A stretch of 64,000 nt of DNA, taken from assembly GCA_963804955.1 (NCBI GenBank), contig CAWDSQ010000030.1, positions 96,001 to 160,000 on the forward strand. The letters are read 5' to 3'. A model generated the notes under the pieces. The model saw nothing but the letters and a program-made list of their open reading frames with translations. It ran no database searches and had not been told where the DNA came from. Position 1 is the first letter of the stretch. Each line of letters starts with the position of its first letter. Of this stretch, positions 31,802 through 41,692 are shown piece after piece. Source of the DNA: an uncultured delta proteobacterium (lineage in GTDB: Bacteria > Desulfobacterota > WTBG01 > CAIYCZ01 > CAIRTM01). The translations under genes were made by a program, and so were the position numbers.

Positions 31802-33144
31802 ATGTCGGAAGTTGTTAAAAACAAAGGTTGGTCGGTGACATGCGGCGGGCTGGGCATTAATCTTGCCCTTGGAATACTCTATGCCTGGAGTATGTTTAAA
31901 GGCGCCATAGAGAAATCCATAAAAGCAGGCGGTGAAGGCGCGTTTACCTGGGATATGTCTCAGCTGAATGACCCCTATTCAGTATGCTGCCTTGTTTTTG
32001 CTTTTTCAATGATTCTTGCCGGAAAGTGTCAGGACAAATTCGGGCCAAGGATCACGGCTTTTCTGGGCGGGATTATGGTCGGCCTGGGGCTGCTGTGGAT
32101 ATCGCAGTCATCGAGCTATATCAGCTGGGTGCTTGGTTTTGGCGTTCTTGCCGGCACCGGCATCGGTTTCGGTTATTCTTCTGCAACGCCGCCGGCGCTC
32201 AAATGGTTCCCTTCGGCAAAAACAGGTCTGATCGCAGGGCTCGTTGTCGCAGGCTTTGGCCTGGCTCCTGTCTATATTGCACCCCTGTCTGAATATTTAA
32301 TAAATGGATTTGGTATCAGCAAGGCGATGCTCGTCTATGCTGTTTCTTTTATTGTTATTGTGTGCGGACTTTCAACCTTTCTGGTGAATCCTCCGGCAGG
32401 CTATGTTCCGGGCGGTGCTGCTGCACAGAAGAAGAAAGCCGCGGCTGCCAATGATGTGCCTCCTTCCAAAGTTATGAAAAGCCTTGATTTCTGGATGCTG
32501 TGGGCAATTTATTTCATCGGCGCAGGCGCCGGATTGATGGTTATCGGCAGCGTCGCGGGCATGGCCAAGAAGAGCATGGGCTCAGCGGCTTTTGTTGCTG
32601 TGGCGATTATGGCTATCGGCAATGCGGGCGGCCGCGTTCTGGCCGGCATGGCATCCGACAAGTTCGGCCGCAATGCCACGCTTGCCGGCGTTCTGATTTT
32701 TCAGGCGCTCTTAATGATTGCTGCAATCCCCCTGGTCAGCTCACAGGAAACCAGCGCTCTGCTGATCGTGCTGCTTGCCACGTTTATCGGCTTTAATTAT
32801 GGCGCAAACCTGTCCCTGTTCCCGTCCTTCGCCAAGGACCGCTGGGGCCTTAAATCCTTCGGCGTCAACTACGGCATATTGTTTACCGCCTGGGGCGTCG
32901 GCGGCTTTGTCATGAGCCGGGTTCAGCAGACCCTGTACGCAACAACGGGCAGCTATACCTCGTCGCTGCTTATCGCAGCCACCATGCTCACCGCAGGTAT
33001 GGTGCTTGCGCTTATGCTGAAAGCGCCCGAAGACCGCAGCAGCTCCTCAGGTCTGCGCCCGAAGGCGCTGTGTTTCAGCCCGGCCTTGGATACACCATGG
33101 CTGACGGCGGTGAAAAGGTTAAAAAAGAAGAAGAGAAAAAGTAA
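31802..33144 (+). CDS. OFA (oxalate/formate antiporter)-family MFS transporter; the probable true stop at 33144 needs a frameshift near 33030-33050
   Basis: LGILYAWS, QDKFGPR, KWFPSAKTGLIAG, GRVLAGMASDKFGR and NYGILFTAWG. The 600-aa ORF fusion with the next gene is an indel artefact; the shifted frame ends ...LGYTMADGGEKVKKEEEKK*. Confidence 0.85.
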
Positions 33145-33187
33145 GGTTCGGAGCAGAGGTCACGGTAGCGAAATGCGGAGCGGCGGC

Positions 33188-33959
33188 ATGAAGAAAAAAA
33201 TCTGTCATATGATTCCTGAAGAGGAAAAACAGTGCGTCTGGATGACCAGCGGGCTCATCTCCTACAAGCTCTGCACCCGTGATTATCGCTGCGAAGAGTG
33301 TATTTTCGATCAGGTTATACGCAACGAGGCTGCAGTTGACGCCGTCGCCGGCCACGGCGACGGGCTGTCTGCTGCAGCCTCATTATTCAACTGCCGATTC
33401 CCTGCAGGAACATGCCGCTCTTTTCTATCACAGCGGCCACTGCTGGGCCAAGGTCGAGGATGCCGACCAGGTGCGCATCGGCATAGACGGCATCCTTGCC
33501 CAGATGGTCTCACCGGTCAGGACGGTGGTTCTTCCCCAGATTGGCGACGCCGTGGTGCAGGGTCAAAGCTTTGCCCATATTATTCAGGAAAAGCATATCG
33601 TTGAGCTGGTCTCTCCCCTGACCGGAACGATCCTGTCCGTCAACCAGGGCCTGAAAGCAGCACCTCATACCCTTGCCGCCGAGCCCTGGGGCAGGGGATG
33701 GCTCGTGACGATCAGGCCCGACAATCTGGAGCATGATTTGAAGGCGCTCATGTTCGGCAGAAAAGCCATGGAGTGGTATGAGAAAAAAGAGCATGAGTTT
33801 GCCACGGCGCGGGTTGGCATGCTCAGCCGGCATGAGCCGGAGCTCGGGCCCACTCTGCAGGACGGGGGGGAATTGCTCGCGAGCCTTGCCGATATGCTCA
33901 GCCCCGAGCAGTACGAGCGGATTATGGATGTTCTTTTCCGGCCTGAAGATGCTGCGTGA
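33188..33959 (+). CDS. GcvH (glycine cleavage H)-like protein with N-terminal Cys-rich domain (frameshift near 33390)
   Basis: N-terminal CVWMTSGLISYKLCTRDYRCEECIFD; GcvH-like HCWAKVE...VRIGIDG...SPLTGTILSVN...PWGRGWL. Confidence 0.78.
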
Positions 33960-34479
33960 CCCGCAGCTGCTCCCTGCAGCGGCCGCACATATCCACTGAT
34001 TTCTGATCAATATCCTCCACATATGTCGAATTGACCATAACGCAGCCCGGCTGCCTGCAGTGCAGCAGGCCGAAGGTATGCCCGAGCTCGTGAATCGACT
34101 CCTTCACCAGCCGCTCGGTCAGCACAGTCTGGTTTTCGGGCAGGCCGTAAAATTTGCTGTTCAGCCGGTGCAGGGAGACGGCCGCCGCAATGCCGTCGAG
34201 CTGCGCTTCGCCGAACACAAAGGTGAGAATCGGTATGAACAGATCGACATCGGCAACAGCCAGAACCCGGCTGGCGCCGGGCGGCGGAGCCGCGATGATT
34301 TGCAGCAGTATTTTTGAGGAGTTGTACTGCCGGCGGTTGGGGTCGAAGATGCCTGCAAGGTCAAAGGGCAAATCGACGCAGCGCGTGCGGCAGCCGAAGG
34401 CTGTGTGAATGCCCGCCTCAAGCGGTTTCAGCCAGAAGCGGGAGCCTGTCTGGATGGGAGCTATATAAATACAGGACAT
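33922..34479 (-). CDS. Archaemetzincin (M54) Zn protease
   Basis: RRQYNS, DLFIPILTFVFGEA and HELGHTFGLLHC..PGCVM...DQK...C..C. Confidence 0.9.
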   Translation of the reverse strand: MSCIYIAPIQTGSRFWLKPLEAGIHTAFGCRTRCVDLPFDLAGIFDPNRRQYNSSKILLQIIAAPPPGASRVLAVADVDLFIPILTFVFGEAQLDGIAAAVSLHRLNSKFYGLPENQTVLTERLVKESIHELGHTFGLLHCRQPGCVMVNSTYVEDIDQKSVDMCGRCREQLRVTQHLQAGKEHP

Positions 34480-34501
34480 GCGCAGCAGGCCCGCCCACCG
34501 A

Positions 34502-35848
34502 TCATTTTTTCAGGTTGTATTTTTGTATCTTGTTGTACAGGGTCAGGCGGCTGATTTTTAAAATGCCTGCCGCCTGAGCAATATTGCCGCCGGTGCGGTC
34601 GAGTATTTTTTGTATATGGGTTTTTTCAATGTCCTCCATCGAGTCCTCATCGGTTGACCGCGCAGGCCCCAGTAAAAAAGGGAATGACAGGTCGGCCGGC
34701 TGAATCAGCGTGCCTTTGGCGCCGACCATGGCGCGCTCGATAACATTGCGCAGCTCGCGCACATTGCCCGGCCACTCATAGTGCGAGAGCATCTCCAGGG
34801 TTTCCGGGGTCAAATCCGTAACATTTTTATTCATGGACTCTGCGTATTTTTTGACAAAATACCGCGCCAGCAGGGGGATGTCGGCTTTTCTTTCGCGCAG
34901 CGGCGGCAGCACGATGGCAAAAACATTGAGCCGGTAATAGAGGTCCTCGCGGAAGGTGCCTTCGCGCACGGCGTTTTCCAGGTCTTTGTTGGTTGCGCAA
35001 ATGATGCGAAAATCCACATTCAGCAGCTTGTCGCCCCCGAGGCGCATGAACTGCCTTGTTTCTATGACGCGCAGCAGGTCCATCTGCATCTTCATGCCGA
35101 TATTGCCTATCTCATCAAGAAAAACGGTCCCCTTGTCAGCCATTTCCAGCTTGCCCCGGCGGCGGTACAGCGCGCCGGTAAAGGAGCCTTTCTCGTGGCC
35201 GAACAGCTCGCTCTCCAGCAGCCCTTCGGTGTAGGCGCCGCAGTTGATGGTGATGATGGGGAAATAGCGGCGGTTGCTGTTGCTGTGGATCGCCCGGGCG
35301 ATGAGCTCCTTGCCCGTTCCGCTGTCGCCCCGGATCATGACGGTGGAGTCTGTTTTGGCGACCGTTGCGACTTTATCCATGACCTTTTTCAGGGCCGGGC
35401 TGGAGCCCACTATTTCATCGTGGTAGGAGATTTCCTCGATCTGCCGCCGCAGCTGCATGTTTTCCGACAAAAGCCTGCGCTGCTCAACGGCATTCCTGAT
35501 CAGATGCCCCATTTCATCGGGGTCGACGGGCTTGACGATATAGTCGAAAGCGCCCTCCTTGAGCGCCTGAATGCTCGTCTCGACGGAGGCGAAGGCCGTA
35601 ATCATGATGGTGATGATGTTTTTGTCGATCTGCTTGATTCTTCGCTGCAGCTCCACGCCGTCGATGCCCGGCATTTTAATGTCCAGCAGCACGATGTCCC
35701 AGGCGCTGTCCTGGAGCTTCTGCAGAGCCGCGTTGGCGTCTTCGGCGGTATCGACCCGGTAGCCGTCGAACTTAAACCACTTGCTCAGCGCGTCGCGCAC
35801 GGACGTTTCATCATCAACAACCAGTATGCCAATATCTGAGGGATTCAT
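34502..35848 (-). CDS. Sigma-54-dependent NtrC-family response regulator
   Basis: REC domain (VVDDE, LLDIKMP); GDSGTGKE, ESELFGHEKGSFTGA, FREDLYYRL, WPGNVREL; Fis-type HTH. Confidence 0.95.
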   Translation of the reverse strand: MNPSDIGILVVDDETSVRDALSKWFKFDGYRVDTAEDANAALQKLQDSAWDIVLLDIKMPGIDGVELQRRIKQIDKNIITIMITAFASVETSIQALKEGAFDYIVKPVDPDEMGHLIRNAVEQRRLLSENMQLRRQIEEISYHDEIVGSSPALKKVMDKVATVAKTDSTVMIRGDSGTGKELIARAIHSNSNRRYFPIITINCGAYTEGLLESELFGHEKGSFTGALYRRRGKLEMADKGTVFLDEIGNIGMKMQMDLLRVIETRQFMRLGGDKLLNVDFRIICATNKDLENAVREGTFREDLYYRLNVFAIVLPPLRERKADIPLLARYFVKKYAESMNKNVTDLTPETLEMLSHYEWPGNVRELRNVIERAMVGAKGTLIQPADLSFPFLLGPARSTDEDSMEDIEKTHIQKILDRTGGNIAQAAGILKISRLTLYNKIQKYNLKK

Positions 35849-35864
35849 GCGTTACAACTCCTGT

Positions 35865-37321
35865 CTAATGTTTTTCCATATACTGCTGGTTCTGGACCCG
35901 CGGCAGCTTGATCGTGAATTCAGTGCCCCTGCCCATGCTGGACTCGACGCTGATGGTTCCGCCGTGGCGCTGCACGATGCCGTAGACGGCAGAGAGGCCC
36001 AGCCCCAGGCTTTTGTTTGATTCCTTGGTGGAGAAAAAAGGATCGAATATATGGGGCAGAACATCCGCAGGGATGCCCGTGCCGAAATCGATGAGCTTGA
36101 TTTTTACGGCTGTTTTGTCCCGGTAATCGGTACGGATAATTATTTTGTTGTTCGGCGCGAGGCTTCGATGGCGTTGACGATCATGGACACAAGTATCTGC
36201 TGAATCGCTCCCGTATCGCACTGAATGAGATCGTCGCCCGTATCGAGCTCTGCAGCCAGCTCAAGGCTCTTCATTCTGGCGCTGTGGTCGATTACTTTTA
36301 TGCTCACGTCGATGATTTCATTGAGGTGCACCTCTTTGACCTCGCCCATGGTGCGCTTGGCGAACAGCAGCAGGTTTTTGACGATATCGCCGCACCGCTT
36401 GGCCTCATTGGCTATGAGCGTGAGGTTTTCCCGTGTTTCCGCAACCGTTTCGGGCTGCAGGGGCTCCTGCCCGAGGTATTTGGAGGAAAGCTTGGCATAG
36501 GAAAGAATGCCCGACAGGGGGTTGTTGATTTCATGGGCCACCATCGCCGACAGCCGTCCCGAGGGAGGCCATTTTTTCCGTCAGCGTCAGATTTTCCCTT
36601 GTTTTTTTGAGCTCTTCCTCGGCTGCGCGCTGCTGTTTGTGCGTTTTATAGCTGATGCTGATAATGCTGCTCAGCAGGAGCGATATGATCAGGAGAATGA
36701 CTACGGAGAATTTGATGATCTGGCTGGTTATCTCTGCAATTTCGGCTTTTATGTCTTCTATGTAGATGCCGGTGCCGATGATCCAGCCCCAGGGCATAGA
36801 ACCCTTTCACATAGGAAATTTTCGGCAGGATGAGATTCTGGTTATCATAGGATTGCCATTTGTACTGGATGAAGCCCGATCCCTGCGCCTTGACGACATT
36901 GACGAATTCGACGAAAACGCGTTTTCCGTCAGGGTCGGTGTAGTCTGAAAGATCTTTGCCGTTTAGGTCATTGCGGTAGGGATGAATGACCATGCGGGGG
37001 TGCATGTCATTGATCCAGAAATAGTCCTTGACTGCCTGGCCGTAATGGAGGTTTTTAATCTGGTCGATGGCCTGGCGCTGCGCTTCGGCGCGCGTGAGCA
37101 GGCCCTGGCGCTCGTCATTTTCAAGCTTCGCCAGAATATTCCATGCCGAGGTGGTGAGCTCCTGTATCATTTCCCGCTTGCGCTCCAGGCTGGTTTTTTC
37201 GATGGTCGGGATGATAAAGGCGAAAATAACGCGAAATAAACAGAATGAAGGCCAGTATCGTGGGAACGACAATGCGCCACAAAAACGACTTCCAGGGAAA
37301 TGAGATATGCGGAGATATCAT
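35865..37321 (-). CDS. Membrane sensor histidine kinase with single Cache (sCache_2-like) domain; several frameshifts
   Basis: Fragments give TM - YFWINDMHPRMVIHP...PWGWIIGTGIY - TM - EKMASLG...AHEINNPL - NAIEA - DFGTGI, FDPFFSTK, GLGLS. Confidence 0.85.
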
Positions 37322-37488
37322 AGCTGTGCACCACTCGCTTGATTTATTCAGCACATAGTCGGTATGTGCGCCGATTGCCGGCAGCCTGTGGGCCTTCACA
37401 TTTGAAATTAACTGTTTTAGTAACCCTTTTCTTAATGCCACTATATGAAAATCAGGGGCATACGTTAATTGAAAAAGGAAAATCCCAG

Positions 37489-37552
37489 CGTCATTCCGGC
37501 TTGTCCGGAATCCTTCCGCTGCGGTGGAAAAGATCCGGACAGCCGGAATGAC
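37489..37552. repeat. REP-like hairpin
   Basis: GTCATTCCGGCTTGTCCGGAATC...GATCCGGACAGCCGGAATGAC inverted repeat. Confidence 0.65.
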
Positions 37553-37581
37553 AGTCTGATGTTACGTACGGGGATTGTATC

Positions 37582-38366
37582 TCATACAAAATCAAATGTG
37601 AAGGCCCTGTCAGACAGCTCCCGCGGTCCATCCGGCCGAATGATTTTTAATTTCGCCAGCAGCTTTTCTATAAACGGCGTTTTTTCCCACTCAAGCCTGT
37701 GCTTGATAATGGTCAGCTGGAAATCCGCGTCCAGAAGCCCGAAGCCTTTCCATGCACCCTCCAGGCCATAGTAGGCCGTATGGCTGTCGCTGCAGGAAAA
37801 CCATTTGTGATGATGGCCGAACAGCCACAGCTTCGGCTTGAAATGCGCAGCCAGCTCCTGGCTGCGGGGAAAACCGGTGGCGCCGAAATGGTCCAGGCCG
37901 GGCGTGCTGGGCACGCCGATACCGGTCGGGCAGTCATGGGTCAAAATAATATCGACCTGCTGCCCGGGCAAAGGCCAGGCAGGCATTAATCTGCTGATCG
38001 GTTATGATCGCCCCCTGTTCGGTCAGCATGGAGTCCATATAGGCAGCTCCCCCAAGGGCCAGAAAACGGTAGCCCTCTATGCAGTGAACTGTGCCGCGGG
38101 GCAGATAGGTGAAAAAGGCCTGATACTTTTTGGTCAGCTTCTCAAGAGCATTGAAATCCTCATGGTTGCCGTCGATACAATACAGGGGCCGCATAAAGCG
38201 CTGCCCTTTTTTTATGAAAAAGTCGTGCAAATGGGATTTGTAGAGGCCGAAGTCCCCCAGGTGAATGATGCAGGAGATCTTCATGGCCGAGCACGTTTTC
38301 GGCATAGGCAAGCTGCTGGTTGATGGTGCCGTAGTAGCAATGGGTATCGCAGGTTACCAGAATCAC
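37582..38366 (-). CDS. Calcineurin-like metallophosphoesterase (frameshifted)
   Basis: DTH, HLGDFG, DGNHED, LTHDCP and FGHHH motifs across three fragments. The GTG start overlaps the TGA of the upstream gene. Confidence 0.85.
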
Positions 38367-41307
38367 TGGACACCTCCGATCTGGCCGGTGAAATCATAGC
38401 TCAGCTTTGCCTGGAAATTTTTTATCTGGGAGAAAATTTCCTTGAGCAGCTTTTGCTCGATAGAGGTCAGGTTTTTCGGGGTCACATAATTGTCGGGCTT
38501 TGCGTTTCCCGGCCGCTATTGCCGCAGCCTGAACCTGCAGCCGTATCTGCATGAGATAGCTGTATGCCTGCACCATTTCCTGGTAATTCAGCAGATGTCA
38601 GCACGCGCGCGCTCATGCAGCCCCAGCAGCCGCTCCAGCGTGTTGGTGGCGGGAACGCCGTGCTTGAGGGCGTAGATGCGGGCATAGTCGACAATGGGCA
38701 TCATGGCGCTTTTAATGTCAAAGGCCTTGCGGTGCTCGTCCACGGATTCGACGACAAATTTTCCGAACAGCCCGATCGGCGGGCTGAGCGGCAGAACATT
38801 GCGGGCCAGCAGCTGAAAAAATCTCGGGTTGTCGGCAACCATGGCAGCAAGAAAATCCCGCAGCTCTCCCGCGAGGCCGTCGTCTCCGAAGGCGCAGCGA
38901 AAGTCGAAAAATATTTTTGTTTTCAGGAGGTCTTCAGCCGAAGCCGCATGAATCCACTGGCTGAAATACCGCTTCCATACGGTAAGGGGCTGGCACCACT
39001 GGGGATTTTGCGCCATGTTGTTGCCCTCGCAGTAGTGGTACCCGGCCTGGTTCAGCCATCTGCAGACCATGGCGCCCAGTTTGAGGAAGTATGCCTGTAC
39101 AACCGATGACTCCAGGTCGGCGGCGGTGTCCTCAAAAATAATCGCATTGTCCTGGTCGGTCATGAGGGTCTGTTCCTGCCGGCCCTCGCTGCCGAATACC
39201 AGAAAAGCAAACCGCACCGGGGGCGGGCCCAGTTCCCGGATGGCAAATTCCAGGAGCTTTTGCAGAATCGTGTCGATCACGATGGTGGTCAGATGGTTTA
39301 TGCTTTGAGGCTTTGCGCCGCTCTTGATGAGGGTTGTTATGAGATAGGGGAGAACCTCATTATGCCTGATCACTTCGTCGGGTGATGTGTCATTGCGTAT
39401 CTCCCAGAGCAGCACCGCTGGCGAATACTTCTGAATGGCGGCTATATCCTTGCTGTTGATTAAGCCGATGATGGCGCCATGGGTATCGGTGACGAAAAGA
39501 TGGGCAATGCCCTTATTCTGCATAAGCCACCAGGACTCAAATACCGATGCATTGCCCGGCAGTGAAATAACGGGAGACGACATGATCTCGGCTACCGGGC
39601 GGTCCTCATGCTCGTGCAGGAGCATCACGGCCTTTCTCAGATCATGGTCGGTGATGACGCCGCAGTCCCTTCCCTCTGCATCGCGCACCAGCAGGACCTC
39701 GTTGTGCTGCTGCTCCATCATGCGCACCGCTTCCCCGATCGGCATGCCGGGATGGCATAGTGCCGGCTGGCGACAGGGCAGGCCGCCAAGGGGCTGATTA
39801 TAAAACAGCAGCACCGACTGCGTTTCGGAAAGGAGTTTTTCCCTTTCCTCCTCTCTCATATGCAGCTCAGTAATATCTTCCATGATGCCGTCACAGTATC
39901 GCGGCGACGCCGTCTTCGTCTTCGACCATGACGCCCCAGATGGAAGCGGTAAATACGGAGCCGTCTTTTTTCTTGAGCCTGACGATCTCCCTTTTCAGGT
40001 CTTCGGCAGATGCTTTCGGCTCAAGGGTTTTACGGTCGTCGGGGTTGCAGTACAGGCTTATGACCGGGGTGAGCGAGCAGCTCTTCCTTGCTTGCGTAGC
40101 CCAGCAGTTTCACCAGCGCTGGATTTGCTTCGATAAATTTCGGGTTCGGGCCGATGGTCCGTCGGAAAATACCCACGTTGAGATTGTTGGCAAGTGTTCT
40201 GAATTTTTCTTCGCTGCGGCCCAGGGCATCCTCTGCCTGCTTGCGTTTGGTAATATCGGTTACAACGGCCATGAAGCCGGTTTTGCCGCCGATTTCTATC
40301 GGGGATGTCGACAGAATAACATCTTTGGTTCCGCCTGATTTTGTTTTGAGCTGTGCTTCAAATGTTGCGGGAACCGATTTGCCGGCAAGCAGCTCATCCA
40401 GGAACCGGCTGCTCTGCTGGTCGTTTGATTCAGCCAGAACCGTGCGCACCGGCATGCCTGCGAAACTCGCTTTTATCGTATTCCAGCATGGCCGCTATTG
40501 TCTGATTGGCGTGCATGTAGGTTCCTTCAAGGGCCATGAGCATGCCTTCGCCTGCCGATTCGACAAGGGTGCGGTATTTTTCTTCGGAATCGCGCAGGGC
40601 CTGCTCCGCCAGCTGCTGCTGCTTGAGCGTGGCGTAGCTTTGCCTGATGATGCTCGCCAGCAGCAGCGAGATTATCAGCAGGATGAAAAAGGAAATTTCA
40701 AAAAGGTTGCGTGTTAGTTCGCTGATTTCAGCCTGGACGTCGTCGATGTAAATGCCGGTTCCGATGACCCAGCCCCAGGGCTGGAAACCTTTGACATAGG
40801 AGAGTTTCGGCAGAATGCGGTCCTCTTTATCCTTCCACTGCCACATGTACTGCATATAGCCGGCGCCCTGCCGCTTCACCAGGTCGACAAAATCCACAAA
40901 AACCCGCTTGCCTTCAGGGTCGGTGTAATCGGAAAGGTCCTTGCCATTGAGGTCGGTCCGGTACGGGTGGATAACCATGCGCGGGTGCATGTCGTTTATC
41001 CAGAAATAATCCTTCATCTCCTGGCCGTAGTGCAGGTTCTTAATCTGCTCGATGGCCTGGCGTTTGGGCCTGCGGCCGCGTGAGCAGGCCCTGCTGCTTC
41101 ATCATGCTCGAGCTTCGCGAGAATGTTCCAGGCCGAGTTGGTCAGCTCGCGGATCATTTCCCGCTTCCGGTCCATGCTGCTTTTTTCAATGGCGGGGATA
41201 ATAATGGAAAAGAAGGCGATGACAAACAGCGCTATGGTGACAGCCGTCGGGAAAACGAACCGTGCCGCAAATGACTTCCACTGGGTTGATATGTGCGGGG
41301 CAAACAT
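38363..41307 (-). CDS. Membrane-anchored Cache-PAS-PAS-CBS-DUF294 putative nucleotidyltransferase (~980 aa, several frameshifts)
   Basis: Collinear fragments 41014-41307, 40430-41017, 40030-40455, 38588-39883 and a C-terminal tail. Order: TM, sCache_2, TM, two PAS domains (SEEKYRTLVE, DITKRKQAE, SEEKFRTL), CBS pair, GSEGRQEQTLMTDQDN, FFDFR, FDIK...PIVDYAR, TNTLERL. Confidence 0.78.
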
Positions 41308-41319
41308 CGCGTAAACCTC

Positions 41320-41499
41320 TAACCGGCTGTTGGAAAACGCCCATCTGCTGCGTTGCGCTCATCGTGCTTCACTGCGGCGTACAAAAAGTACGCCTCATTT
41401 CGCATGATTGCCTGCAAGCAGGTGTCACAGACAGCGCGCGCCTTGCATCTGAGCATTTTTGAACAGCCTTCTCCTGGTGACTTTTTCAACACCCTGCTA
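41320..41499. mobile_element. MITE-like element, copy 1
   Basis: Termini GGCTGTTGGAAAA / TTTTTCAACACCCTGCTA; homologous to 62552-62844. Confidence 0.7.
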
Positions 41500-41620
41500 A
41501 TCCTCTGCTGAGCCCATACTGCTGCTGCCGTGTGCAAGACAGAATACACGGGGCACCGCATTCCTGTCAAGAAGCACAGGCAAACAATTCGTCCCCGGCT
41601 GACGCGGCCGGCTCGTTAAG

Positions 41621-41659
41621 AAAACGGGGGAGAACACCCCATTTGCTGTTCTCCCCCGT
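41621..41659 (-). terminator. Terminator after actP
   Basis: ACGGGGGAGAACA / TGTTCTCCCCCGT hairpin followed by Ts on the minus strand. Confidence 0.6.
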
Positions 41660-41692
41660 CACCGTATGCATCAGCGCAGCCTTCCTGTCCGT

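Noticed and set aside
31802..33604. 600-aa MFS fused to a Cys-rich domain
   Set aside because: Read-through caused by an indel. A shifted frame gives a natural stop at 33144, and the Cys-rich part has its own ATG at 33188 and joins the GcvH-like domain.
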